64,000 nt of DNA from a virus: positions 64,001-128,000 of the IMG/VR virus record IMGVR_UViG_3300023174_003073; one strand, 5' to 3'. The position numbers and the translations under genes were made by a program. The notes beneath the pieces were generated by a model that was given only the letters and a program-made list of their open reading frames with translations, did not search any database and had not been told where the DNA came from. Of this stretch, positions 44,536-54,351 are shown piece after piece; the stretch's first letter is position 1; each line of letters starts with the position of its first letter.

Positions 44536-46783
44536 CTTCGCCTACTTCTGCTTTAAGTTTAAGTTGAACATCAAAAACAATGTCCTCGTTTTCTAAATTA
44601 ACATTGATTGTACTACTTTTGATACGCTCAAACAAGATTTTCTTGCTTAGAGGTACCCTAATTAATTCGTCAATCTTTCTTGCTAGTGGGCGGGCTCCCA
44701 TTTTATTATCATAACCCTTTTCTGCTAGATACTCAACTACCGGTTCGCTTAAGTGTAATGAAATATCGTGTACATCTTTCAATGACTTCTTCAAGTCCTC
44801 AGCAAATTTGACAACAATCTTTTTGATTGCCAACATATCTAGTTTGCTGAACTTACATACCAAGTCAATACGATTTCTGAACTCTGGCTTAAAGAACTCT
44901 TTCAATGCTTTGTCATCATCTCCTGAACGTTCTTGGCTACCAAATCCAATAACATTACGTTCACTATCACTACTACCCAAGTTACTGGTCATGATAATAA
45001 TACAGTTTTTAGCATTGACTTCTTTACCATTGCTTCCTGTAACTCGACCTTCATCAAGCAACTGTAAGAAGATATTAAAGATATCTGGGTGAGCCTTTTC
45101 AACTTCATCAAACAATAATATTGAATGAGGATTCTTGCTTAAGTCATTAATCAATCGTCCACCACCTAGTGAACCTTCACCAAAGCCAACATAACCCGGG
45201 GGTGCGCCGATCAACGAACTAACGCTGAACTTCTCACCATACTCACTCATATCATACTTAAGTAGTTTCATGTCTAGGTTCTTAGACAGCAATTTAGCTA
45301 ATTCAGTCTTACCTGTACCAGTTGGGCCCAAGAATAAGAAACTTGCTAATGGTTTTTTCTCATTACCAATGCCTGCAAAACTAACATATACTCGTTCAAG
45401 TACTTTGTCAACTGTTTCTTCTTGTCCATATAGTTTTGATTTAACATTAGATTCAAGATTAACAATACGTTCAGAGTTATCATCTGTTAACTTGTCAGCA
45501 GGAACACCTGTGTATTTTTCAATCTGTTCAAAGACTGATTCTTTAGTAATGATTGCACCTTTGTTGTCTGCTACACGTTGTTTAGCACAAGCCGCATCTA
45601 ACAAATCAATACTCTTATCCGGATTCTTACGATCCTGAATGTAACGTGTTGCACCTTCAACAGCGGCTTCAATTGCTTCGTCTGTAATCTCTACGCTGTG
45701 GAAGTCATTCAATCGTACACTTAATCCTTTAAGAATACGCACAGTAGATTCACGACTTGGTTCATCAATAGACACACGATAGAATCTACGCATCAATGCA
45801 CGATCCTTTTCAAAGGATTCGTAATATTCTTCCCAAGTAGTACTAGCAATAACTTTCAATGTACCTTTAGTGATTGCAGGCTTAATCATGTTAGCAAAGT
45901 CTACTGCACCGTTTGTTGCACCACCTGCACCACGCATTGTATGTGCTTCGTCAATGAAAAGAATTGCATCTTTCTTAACGGTTAGTGCGTCAAGTACTGC
46001 TTTGACTTTTTCTTCAAAGTCACCTCGATACTTACTACCTGCTAACAAACTACCAATCTCTAAACTATAAAGTTCGTGACCTTTTAAGAATTCGGGTACT
46101 TCATCGTTGACAATCATTTGTGCTAGACCTTCAACGATTGCAGTTTTACCTACACCTGGATCACCGACAAGCAATACGTTTGACTTGAAACGCTTTGCGA
46201 GTACATTAACCATGTCATCAACTTCTTTACTACGACCAATCACAGGTTCTAATTTCTGTGCCTTAGCCATTTGTGTAAGATTGATAGTATATTCTTCTAG
46301 GATATCGTCTGCTTGTTCATCTGTCAACTTAACATCAGTATGTGAACCTTTATAATGTTTCTGCCAGAATGCAACAAACTCGTTCTTGACGAATCCATAC
46401 TTCAATAAGAAATATTGTGCGTGACTATTACCTTCAGCCATGATACTGAGATACAAGTCAATAGTTGTTACAACTTTACGACCAGTGAACAATACTTGTG
46501 TTACTGAACGATTCATTACACGCTCTAAACTATTAGTTTTGCGTGGTTGAATTTCTTGCCCTTCGTCTACTGAGGATGTGATTGAAGACAATCCATCTAG
46601 GTAAGAAATAACTTCTTTACCCATTGTGTCAGTATCGATGCCGTAGCTGTCGATACATTTCTTAAATGGTGCATAAGAAATTAATGCTAATAGTAAGTGT
46701 TCTACTGTGCAATATTGATGATTGCGTTGTTTGGCTAAATCAATTGCCTTTTCAATGATTGATTCAATTTCTGGTGAGTGCAA
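44501..46783 (-). CDS. clpA: ClpA-type AAA+ unfoldase
   Basis: Clp N-domain EHLLLAL, Walker A GDPGVGKT and GPTGTGKT, KYRGDFE, IGF ClpP-docking loop, GARPL. Confidence 0.93.
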   Translation of the reverse strand: MHSPEIESIIEKAIDLAKQRNHQYCTVEHLLLALISYAPFKKCIDSYGIDTDTMGKEVISYLDGLSSITSSVDEGQEIQPRKTNSLERVMNRSVTQVLFTGRKVVTTIDLYLSIMAEGNSHAQYFLLKYGFVKNEFVAFWQKHYKGSHTDVKLTDEQADDILEEYTINLTQMAKAQKLEPVIGRSKEVDDMVNVLAKRFKSNVLLVGDPGVGKTAIVEGLAQMIVNDEVPEFLKGHELYSLEIGSLLAGSKYRGDFEEKVKAVLDALTVKKDAILFIDEAHTMRGAGGATNGAVDFANMIKPAITKGTLKVIASTTWEEYYESFEKDRALMRRFYRVSIDEPSRESTVRILKGLSVRLNDFHSVEITDEAIEAAVEGATRYIQDRKNPDKSIDLLDAACAKQRVADNKGAIITKESVFEQIEKYTGVPADKLTDDNSERIVNLESNVKSKLYGQEETVDKVLERVYVSFAGIGNEKKPLASFLFLGPTGTGKTELAKLLSKNLDMKLLKYDMSEYGEKFSVSSLIGAPPGYVGFGEGSLGGGRLINDLSKNPHSILLFDEVEKAHPDIFNIFLQLLDEGRVTGSNGKEVNAKNCIIIMTSNLGSSDSERNVIGFGSQERSGDDDKALKEFFKPEFRNRIDLVCKFSKLDMLAIKKIVVKFAEDLKKSLKDVHDISLHLSEPVVEYLAEKGYDNKMGARPLARKIDELIRVPLSKKILFERIKSSTINVNLENEDIVFDVQLKLKAEVGEDGIITVITDPQ

Positions 46784-46807
46784 AATGATTTCCTTTTAAA
46801 ATCTTAT

Positions 46808-47620
46808 TTAATTACCACGACTCTGCAAAATGCTAGCAGTTATCTTAGGATCTATTTTATCAGGAATAAATGGTTTAAGCAATATCAATTGGTCACCATT
46901 CCCTTGTTCATCCATGTGAGGGAGTCCTTGACCTGAAATACGCAGTGTAGTATCCGGTTGTGTTCCTGGCTTTACTTGAACTTGAAATGATTTTCCACTG
47001 ATAGTAACAAAGTCAAATGATGTACCCACAATCAAATCCAATACACTAATTCTATGTGGTGATATTAAATCTTGGCCTGCTCTGTCAAATCTTGGGTGAA
47101 CGTGAACTCTGAATTCAACGATAAGAACTCCTCCTGCAATCAGACCATCATATCTTAATTGAGCACCGTTTTCTACACCTTTTGGAATCTGAACTTTAAT
47201 TGTTTGTGGGCCGCCTTGACCTTGTATTTGCAATATTTGTTCACCACCTGTATAGACTTGGTCTAATGAAACCCAAATAGTTGTTTTAAATGTTTGTTGA
47301 AAGTGATGTCCAAAAGGACTACCACGTTGTCCACCAAACATTTGTCCAAATATATCATTGAAGTGCATGTCAAATCCACCACCACCTGCTGTAAAGTGAA
47401 AGCCACCGGGGCCTCTACCTTGACCAAACGGATTTGGATTGTCGTACTCTTGTTTCTTTTGTGGGTCGCTTAGTGTTTCATAAGCATTTTGAATCTTTTG
47501 AAACATAGCAGTATCACCACCCTTGTCCGGGTGATGTTGCCCTGCTAATTTGCGATATGCTTTTTTAATGTCATCAGGGGTAGCATTTCTGTCTACCCCC
47601 AGGGTTTGATAATGTTCCAT
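46808..47620 (-). CDS. dnaJ: DnaJ/CbpA-type co-chaperone
   Basis: J-domain HPD, G/F-rich linker, C-terminal domain without zinc finger; TTGACT-17-TATACT promoter at 47628-47656. Confidence 0.9.
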   Translation of the reverse strand: MEHYQTLGVDRNATPDDIKKAYRKLAGQHHPDKGGDTAMFQKIQNAYETLSDPQKKQEYDNPNPFGQGRGPGGFHFTAGGGGFDMHFNDIFGQMFGGQRGSPFGHHFQQTFKTTIWVSLDQVYTGGEQILQIQGQGGPQTIKVQIPKGVENGAQLRYDGLIAGGVLIVEFRVHVHPRFDRAGQDLISPHRISVLDLIVGTSFDFVTISGKSFQVQVKPGTQPDTTLRISGQGLPHMDEQGNGDQLILLKPFIPDKIDPKITASILQSRGN

Positions 47621-47659
47621 AGTATTAAGTATAGCACAATTTGTGTGCTAAGTCAATAT

Positions 47660-48271
47660 TTATGAAGCTACGCCGGCTACCTTTTCTTTTGTACGACCAT
47701 ATGCGGCGATACCTAAAACTGCACCCATTGCGATGTGGTATAGACCAGCACCTTGCAGTGTTAATGGTTGCCATTGACTTGTAACTGAACCATGACTCAT
47801 TGCTTGTAGTACTGACCATAGTACTGGAAAAATAACAAAGTCACAGGTACACGTCAACATATAAATCCAACCCATCATTGGGCGCATTTTCTTGTTGATC
47901 CAATCTGTTGCACCTTTGTCTAATGCTACTGTGGATTCTCCACCTTCGCTCATTGCACCGCCGCCACTTTTTAGTGACTCTGCTTGATTTTGTGTTACTG
48001 TTACTGTGCTTGTCATGTTAGAACTTCCTTGATTAGTTGGTGGTGCCATCACTGATGGACCTTGTGCTCCTGGACTTACATTCCCAAAGCTACCAAAGCC
48101 ACTTGGTGCCGGTGCAGTACTCACTGTGTTACCACCTAACGGTGTGCTACCAAAACTGCTGCCTGCCGGGAATGCAGATACTGTTGGATCAGCCGCTAAT
48201 ATTTCGTGGTGATCGTCTGTTTTTGCTAATGGCATAGAGCCATCTGCTTTCTTTGCTAATAATGTTGCCAT
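47660..48271 (-). CDS. Putative holin (3TM holin-like C-terminal membrane domain)
   Basis: RPMMGWIY...DF..FP and AVLG..AYGRT.EK; low-complexity N-terminus. Confidence 0.65.
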   Translation of the reverse strand: MATLLAKKADGSMPLAKTDDHHEILAADPTVSAFPAGSSFGSTPLGGNTVSTAPAPSGFGSFGNVSPGAQGPSVMAPPTNQGSSNMTSTVTVTQNQAESLKSGGGAMSEGGESTVALDKGATDWINKKMRPMMGWIYMLTCTCDFVIFPVLWSVLQAMSHGSVTSQWQPLTLQGAGLYHIAMGAVLGIAAYGRTKEKVAGVAS

Positions 48272-48272
48272 T

Positions 48273-48845
48273 TTATAATCCTGCCTTTGCAATAAAATCT
48301 TTTAATAAACTATCTTTTTCTTTGTTCATCTTAGCTGGTTCTAATCCAGCTTGCTTACGCATTTCATTTAATTCTGCGTCAATGTTTTCTTCTTTTGATT
48401 CTTCTTCACCATCTTCTGGATTAGCTTGACGATAAGTATGAGGACTTAATTCAAATAATCCCTTTAACTCTGATACATCTGCACCGTATTCTTCTCCATC
48501 AACAGTGATTGTCCAATCAGCTAATGACATATTTGTTAATGTTTCTAAATCATCAAGTAATTCAATGATACGTTGAACTGATGAGGTACGTCTTGGAATC
48601 TCAACGAATACTAAACTCTTTCCAGGAGTATATTCACCGTCACTTACTTGTGCATCAAGTATCCAATCATATCCACGCTCAAACCAATCAACTAAATCTG
48701 TGCTAGCCGCATTACCTTTTACTTTGAATGCAAGTGTGATAATTTCATCATTACTACCAGACTTTGCTTCATATTCATCAATAGACAATGTAGGAATTAC
48801 TTGTCCAACCAAATCATGATAATCTAAATTTTCAAGTAGTCTCAT
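48273..48845 (-). CDS. Conserved phage hypothetical protein
   Basis: IDEY..K.G, E.GY.WILDA, VFVE..R. Confidence 0.75.
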   Translation of the reverse strand: MRLLENLDYHDLVGQVIPTLSIDEYEAKSGSNDEIITLAFKVKGNAASTDLVDWFERGYDWILDAQVSDGEYTPGKSLVFVEIPRRTSSVQRIIELLDDLETLTNMSLADWTITVDGEEYGADVSELKGLFELSPHTYRQANPEDGEEESKEENIDAELNEMRKQAGLEPAKMNKEKDSLLKDFIAKAGL

Positions 48846-49471
48846 TACATTGCTCCTTGAGGAGGTGCCATTGGGGCAGGGGGCATACCACCCATTCCCA
48901 TATCAGGTTGACCCATACCTTGATCGGCTGGTGCTTCACCTTGTTCTTCTGTACCTTCTTTGTCTAGATCCTCATCATATGCTTCGTCTAAGTCATCTAG
49001 TTCAATTGTTTGTCCTGCCAAGTCAATACTACCTTCACGTACATCATTCATTAATTCTTTTGGAATCTCAATGCGTACTAACCATACTGGTTTTTCAATC
49101 ATCTTAGGATAATGTGTACCTGGTTCATAATCATCAGATCCTTCAATCTTAACCGGAACTTCAATCATAGTCTTTTTGAAATGTATTGAACATCCCAAGT
49201 GTGTTAATCTTTTGCCACCTCTTGGATCGGGCATTAGTTTTTCTGGATACATAAACACACAGGTTGTTGTGTATTTTTTAACAATAGGGCCGTTAACGAT
49301 TTCACCTAGCTCCCAATTTTTATAAGCATATAAGTCTGCTTCATCTAATACACGCTCAAAGTCAAGCAATGTATTAATGGTACCGTCGCTGGTGAAAATA
49401 CCCTTGATATTATCAATAATATTTGGATAATCTATATCTTTAAAAAAATCGTCAGATGGGAGTTTACTCAT
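48845..49471 (-). CDS. Conserved phage hypothetical protein
   Basis: LLDFERVLDE..LY...NW..GE, MPDPRGG.RL; TAAATA at 49477-49482. Confidence 0.75.
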   Translation of the reverse strand: MSKLPSDDFFKDIDYPNIIDNIKGIFTSDGTINTLLDFERVLDEADLYAYKNWELGEIVNGPIVKKYTTTCVFMYPEKLMPDPRGGKRLTHLGCSIHFKKTMIEVPVKIEGSDDYEPGTHYPKMIEKPVWLVRIEIPKELMNDVREGSIDLAGQTIELDDLDEAYDEDLDKEGTEEQGEAPADQGMGQPDMGMGGMPPAPMAPPQGAM

Positions 49472-49638
49472 AGTTGTATTTATCATTCTTGCAATGATAA
49501 TGAGCAATTAGATTTTTTGTGGATTAGCCTAATATTTATCCCCGATGTGTGCGCTAAAAGTATACTATATTGCGCGGGCCGTTTGACCTTAAATATACTT
49601 GAATGTTATGAGCATTCGGCTCTAAAAAGGAGAATATT

Positions 49639-50427
49639 TTGAGCAAACGCAAAACAAGTGCTTTACGCACTCAGGATCAAGATACTAGATACGCACACAG
49701 TAAAAAATACGATAACACACAGAAAACTTATTACACACAGGAATCAAAAACAATCAACTTTGACCAAAGTCGTCCTAAGCTGAACACTAAGCCCATTGTC
49801 ATGGTGCCTAAGTCAGTAAACCAAGAAAAATACATCCTCGCACTATTAGACCAAGAGACAGATATTGTCGTGGTCGGTGGACCTGCAGGAACAGGGAAGA
49901 CTTATCTTGCTATGTTAGCGGCTATTAAAGCACTAAAAGCAGGTGAAGTTTCTCGTATTATTCTCACACGACCTGCAGTTGGGGTAGATGATGAAAAGCA
50001 TGGCTTCTTACCAGGTGATCTAAATGCTAAGATGGAACCCTGGACAAGACCTTTGCTTGATGTATTGAGAGAATATTATACGGTAAAGGAAATCGCCCAC
50101 ATGCTAGAAGAACAGATAGTGGAAATTGCACCCCTAGCATTCTGTCGAGGTCGAAACTTTAAACATAGCTATATCGTATTAGATGAGGCTCAAAACGCAA
50201 CCCCTGGTCAACTCAAAATGATTATGACTAGAATCGGTATTGGCAGTAAGATTGTAATTACTGGCGACATTGAACAAGCCGATAGAAAAACAGCCGACAA
50301 TGGGCTACTAGACTTACAAAATCGATTGGGGAAGGGGGTGATTCCAGGGTTGCAGTTGTGTAACTTTGAACTGAAAGATGTTCAACGACACAAGATTATA
50401 GAGCACGTACTTAGATTGTACGCTTAA
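49639..50427 (+). CDS. phoH: PhoH-family ATPase
   Basis: GPAGTGKT, RPAV, GFLPGD, RGR.F, DEAQN, TGD..Q.D; AAGGAG before TTG. Confidence 0.95.
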   Translation: MSKRKTSALRTQDQDTRYAHSKKYDNTQKTYYTQESKTINFDQSRPKLNTKPIVMVPKSVNQEKYILALLDQETDIVVVGGPAGTGKTYLAMLAAIKALKAGEVSRIILTRPAVGVDDEKHGFLPGDLNAKMEPWTRPLLDVLREYYTVKEIAHMLEEQIVEIAPLAFCRGRNFKHSYIVLDEAQNATPGQLKMIMTRIGIGSKIVITGDIEQADRKTADNGLLDLQNRLGKGVIPGLQLCNFELKDVQRHKIIEHVLRLYA

Positions 50428-50433
50428 CTAGGT

Positions 50434-50464
50434 TTAGGGATGCTCATAACATCCCTAATTTTTT
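50434..50464 (+). terminator. Terminator between convergent genes
   Basis: TTAGGGATG-CTCATAA-CATCCCTAA followed by a T run. Confidence 0.75.
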
Positions 50465-50714
50465 ATGCTTCGTTTAACTGTTCAAGTTTTTCAATATGGT
50501 CTGGATAGACCTTCTTATAGTATTCAATTAAGGTATCCCAAGGTAAATTCATTACCTGTCCTTGAATAACATTTTTCTGAACATTCTTTTCTTTAAAATC
50601 CAAAATAATATTACATTGAGTAATATCTTTTTCCTTTAGATTTTTAGAAATCTCTACTTGTTCGTCAATCTTGCCATCGGGCTTTCTTACGTATGTTACT
50701 AAAAAATATCTCAT
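50463..50714 (-). CDS. Hypothetical protein
   Basis: Follows the clamp loader in operon. Confidence 0.7.
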   Translation of the reverse strand: MRYFLVTYVRKPDGKIDEQVEISKNLKEKDITQCNIILDFKEKNVQKNVIQGQVMNLPWDTLIEYYKKVYPDHIEKLEQLNEA

Positions 50715-50721
50715 ATTATTC

Positions 50722-51645
50722 TCAACTTGTTAATTCTACTAATGTAGCCGCAAGACTAATCTCAGGGATTCCAACTAGTGATAAGTTTGCTAGACCATTA
50801 CGAATGATAATAATACTAGCATCACGTTTTTCTGCACTACTACCCCACAAATCTAAGTTGTTATACATCCAAACATAGATATCTTCTAAACGACTTGGAT
50901 ACAAACTCAAATGCTGTAGTAATTGCTGACGACCTTCTAAAATCTTTCCGGCTTTAAACAATTCAGTTGCTTCAAACAATAGACCATCTTCACTGTTGCT
51001 TGCGTCTACAGGTGGCAATAATTTGCCTGTACTACTATTTACTTGAATCTGATTCAAGCATTTACGTAAGTCTGGATATGTAGCACTTACATAGCTATCT
51101 AATATCTCTAATTCAAAATCAATGTTTTCAGCCACTAGAACAGTTGCGGCACGTGCTGTAAATTCTGTCTTGTCTGTTTTAGTTATTCTAAATTCATGGC
51201 ATCTGCTTTTAAGTGCAGGGATAATTCTATGTTCATAGTTGCAAGTTAGAATAAATCGTGCAGTCATATGATATGCTTCCATATCATTACGCAATGCTGC
51301 CTGACCTGCTGGTGTTAGATAATCAGCTTCATCTAACAAAACAACTTTAAACTTACCAAAGGGCATTGTTTGTACAAAGCCAATGATTTTGTTTCGTACT
51401 ACATCAACACTATTTTCACGTGACGCATTGATTTCCAATACATCATATTCTTCTACACCTAATTCTTGTATAAGAACTTTTGCAAGCGTAGTCTTACCTG
51501 TACCGGGCTCACCACTCAATAATAGATGCGGAATGCTTTCATTTGCAATCCAACCAGTAACTTGCTCTTTCTGTCTATCGTCAACAAAGACATAATCATT
51601 TACAGAATGAGGTCTGTAAGCCTCTACCCAGAGTTGGTTTTTCAT
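50722..51645 (-). CDS. Clamp loader ATPase (RFC/gp44-like)
   Basis: WVE.YRP, G.PGTGKTT, INAS, DEAD, SRC motifs. Confidence 0.93.
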   Translation of the reverse strand: MKNQLWVEAYRPHSVNDYVFVDDRQKEQVTGWIANESIPHLLLSGEPGTGKTTLAKVLIQELGVEEYDVLEINASRENSVDVVRNKIIGFVQTMPFGKFKVVLLDEADYLTPAGQAALRNDMEAYHMTARFILTCNYEHRIIPALKSRCHEFRITKTDKTEFTARAATVLVAENIDFELEILDSYVSATYPDLRKCLNQIQVNSSTGKLLPPVDASNSEDGLLFEATELFKAGKILEGRQQLLQHLSLYPSRLEDIYVWMYNNLDLWGSSAEKRDASIIIIRNGLANLSLVGIPEISLAATLVELTS

Positions 51646-51974
51646 CGTTTTAGTGCTTCGTAAGTGATAATATGATTAAGTGATTCGCCCAAGTCTTTAT
51701 CATGGGGTATAATATGCAATGAGTTTTTCATTCTGTCTGATTTTTCATCATATTGACGCAACTCAACTACATGCCCACCGTTAGCAGGATATAAATTAAA
51801 GCAAGTGCCACGACTTTCTAATTCACCAGATGAATCATGTCTTACTGGATTAAGACGAACATTGTTTTGTCTTTTACTACCAGTAATAGCAAGATTGGGA
51901 CCTTCGTCTGCTTCTTGCGGAATATTGTTTGCCCAGTGAACTTTCTTCATAAACCATTTATCAAACCACTTCAT
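51642..51974 (-). CDS. Hypothetical protein
   Basis: ANGG.VVE...YD...DR motif. Confidence 0.7.
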   Translation of the reverse strand: MKWFDKWFMKKVHWANNIPQEADEGPNLAITGSKRQNNVRLNPVRHDSSGELESRGTCFNLYPANGGHVVELRQYDEKSDRMKNSLHIIPHDKDLGESLNHIITYEALKR

Positions 51975-51976
51975 TT

Positions 51977-52345
51977 TTATCCTTTATCACCAAATGTTAA
52001 ATCATTGACGGGTTCGTCAGATATGAGTAGTATATCATTTTCATCAACTCTACGCAATGTCTTTTCGCCCGTTTCATCTTCAACATCGATGCCACGTGTC
52101 CATCTTCCATGTGCAATGCAAATCCATTTGCCCACTTTGATTTCATCGTCTTGGAATTGGTCACCCAGTGCATATACTTGTGCCCATCGTGGTCTGATAC
52201 CATTATCTTTACGATTGTCTGATGGGATGATAATACCACCATAACTAATACGTTCATCAAATTCCATATCACTTACAATGATATGTTTACCAATTGGTTT
52301 AAAATTTTCTTTCTTAAACTTATGTGGTTCAAATGCTAACTTCAT
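51977..52345 (-). CDS. groES: GroES-like co-chaperonin
   Basis: KPI...IIV, GGIIIP mobile loop, V.A.G, IKVG, DIL. Confidence 0.8.
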   Translation of the reverse strand: MKLAFEPHKFKKENFKPIGKHIIVSDMEFDERISYGGIIIPSDNRKDNGIRPRWAQVYALGDQFQDDEIKVGKWICIAHGRWTRGIDVEDETGEKTLRRVDENDILLISDEPVNDLTFGDKG

Positions 52346-52710
52346 TTCTTTGCTTTCGGTTTTGTAACTTCAACTTCTTCAACTTCTTCGTAGTCATCAA
52401 ATTCTTCAAACGCTTGTTGTTCTTCAGGATTTAATTCTGTTGCAATTACTTCTGCAATTACATCCGGAGTAGGCGGAACCGTAATAGGCTCAACTACTTC
52501 ATGTTCATCTTCCTGTATATTAGAAGGAAGTCTCACTGTTTTCTTATACAAACTGTTAACCCGTTGTGTATTTTCCTGCACTACACGCCCGTGACTATCA
52601 ATCACATCGCCCCTAGCATTAACATTCATGTTTCCTACAGCACGTACTTTTTCATTCTGTGCTACTAATACAGACATATCAATTGTTTTTCCTAATGCCG
52701 ATCTATGCAT
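52342..52710 (-). CDS. Conserved hypothetical protein
   Basis: AVGNMNVNARGD motif; acidic tail. Confidence 0.75.
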   Translation of the reverse strand: MHRSALGKTIDMSVLVAQNEKVRAVGNMNVNARGDVIDSHGRVVQENTQRVNSLYKKTVRLPSNIQEDEHEVVEPITVPPTPDVIAEVIATELNPEEQQAFEEFDDYEEVEEVEVTKPKAKK

Positions 52711-52720
52711 AATTTTCTCC

Positions 52721-53227
52721 TTATTTTAAGAACTCGTCAATAGACAAGTCATAATGCAAACTATTTATACGGTGTATACCCAGCAAAAACAGAACATAGC
52801 TGGATACACTACTACCACGACCTACTCCCCAAACTACTTTGTTTGCTCTCATAGTGTCAACTAGGTATTTACAATAACGCAATAATTGGAACAAATCTCG
52901 TTGCTGATATAATATCAATTCTTGCCCAACTCTTTGCAATTCTGCATTAGTTTGACAAAGGTCTAGTACATATTTGGCTATATCTAATTGATTGTATTCT
53001 TCTGGTATAAACCAATTACGTTGTAGTTGTTTGTCAAACTCTTCCTTCGACAGAGTTTGTTGTTTGTATTTTTTGAATGTGGGTATATTTTCTATCTCTA
53101 AATCTTTATCAAAATAGATATCATCAGAGACTAATGCATTTTTGATTTTTATGTTTGGGTCAGATAAAAAGGCACTACATAAGTCCATTTCATCTAATAT
53201 TTGTTGACCGTATATATCAATTTGCAT
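52721..53227 (-). CDS. Stand-alone fragment homologous to DNA polymerase III alpha (DnaE)
   Basis: R...EL, GVGRGSS..S.VL.LLGI..I..L.Y.L..F.F region of the C-family palm. Confidence 0.8.
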   Translation of the reverse strand: MQIDIYGQQILDEMDLCSAFLSDPNIKIKNALVSDDIYFDKDLEIENIPTFKKYKQQTLSKEEFDKQLQRNWFIPEEYNQLDIAKYVLDLCQTNAELQRVGQELILYQQRDLFQLLRYCKYLVDTMRANKVVWGVGRGSSVSSYVLFLLGIHRINSLHYDLSIDEFLK

Positions 53228-53276
53228 ACGCTATGATAACATAGTTTCTGCAAGAATACAATAGCTATTTGCCCGT

Positions 53277-53507
53277 TTAGGTTTTGTCGATTTGGATATT
53301 GTTTTGGATGTTTTGTTTCTTGTACAATTCATCCATTCTTTTGGCATATTCTTTGTTATAGCCCTCAAGCACCATACTGATTTGGTTAACTAAAAATTCT
53401 TTACCACTACGATGTGCAAAGGTTAGTTTACCGGTAAGGTCTTGTATAGATGCTTGTAATTCATCTATGGTCTTTTTTGATATATCAGGCATGAAAGGAT
53501 GTTCCAT
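53277..53507 (-). CDS. Small coiled-coil protein
   Basis: GGAG SD. Confidence 0.7.
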   Translation of the reverse strand: MEHPFMPDISKKTIDELQASIQDLTGKLTFAHRSGKEFLVNQISMVLEGYNKEYAKRMDELYKKQNIQNNIQIDKT

Positions 53508-53509
53508 AA

Positions 53510-54322
53510 TTATACTCCGCCGTAAATTCCGTCACCAATCTTGCCCCAAATTGGTGTAGTACCATCATATGTACCAACACATATATAAACAAAACTACCA
53601 TCTGTACAAATTGCACCGGGTGCATCTCCTGGTGATCCCAATTCACCAGGATAACGTAATCCAATATAACTTGAAAGTCTACTTCTATTCAATGGGAATA
53701 TAGTTAATGTTGTTCCACAATTTACAGTAGTGATTTTAAACTGTAATTCTTTAACACCTGCAGCCGCAGTAATTTCATTTGTAAAACTTGCATTTACTCC
53801 AGGACCACCCGGGCTATAATAGTTTTCTAATAAAGACACTGTTGTATCCATACCACCTACTAATATTGCACTTGAATTATATTGACTTGATGGGAAATAT
53901 ATTTTATAACCCTCACTGTAATCAATATTCAAATTCAATTGTACGCTAGATTGTGTTCCAGTAGGTGCCCAACCTGCAAAACTGATTGTAGTGTCTCCGG
54001 TAATAGTACCATATTGAACGTCACCTTTACTTACATCAACAACTAACGTATCATTTATTTCTGCACCTAAATTGTAAGTTGCTGTTCTAAAACTTCTAAC
54101 GCTAGCATTACTAATTAATGCTCCTGCTAAATTATTATCTAAAGATGTTCCGGATAAAGGTGACTTTAAAAGTACTTTATTTTGTAAGTCAGTTAACTCT
54201 GTCTTGGTAGTATCCAAATTGTTTTTGATACTGGCAAAGTTGTCTCTGAATCCTTGGCTATTATTATTGACCCCGGGAACAGGATAATTTACATCAATTG
54301 CGCTTGTATTTAATGAACTCAT
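53510..54322 (-). CDS. Baseplate/tail-associated structural protein
   Basis: YPVPG.NN.SQGFRDNF N-terminus; G.PGD.PG..C-terminal fibre motif. Confidence 0.7.
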   Translation of the reverse strand: MSSLNTSAIDVNYPVPGVNNNSQGFRDNFASIKNNLDTTKTELTDLQNKVLLKSPLSGTSLDNNLAGALISNASVRSFRTATYNLGAEINDTLVVDVSKGDVQYGTITGDTTISFAGWAPTGTQSSVQLNLNIDYSEGYKIYFPSSQYNSSAILVGGMDTTVSLLENYYSPGGPGVNASFTNEITAAAGVKELQFKITTVNCGTTLTIFPLNRSRLSSYIGLRYPGELGSPGDAPGAICTDGSFVYICVGTYDGTTPIWGKIGDGIYGGV

Positions 54323-54351
54323 AGTTTGTATTCCATATTGTATTTATAGTG

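Noticed and set aside
543-52244. The many short plus-strand ORFs in the track
   Set aside because: They lie antisense to well-supported minus-strand genes and lack RBS or motifs; only phoH is accepted on the plus strand.
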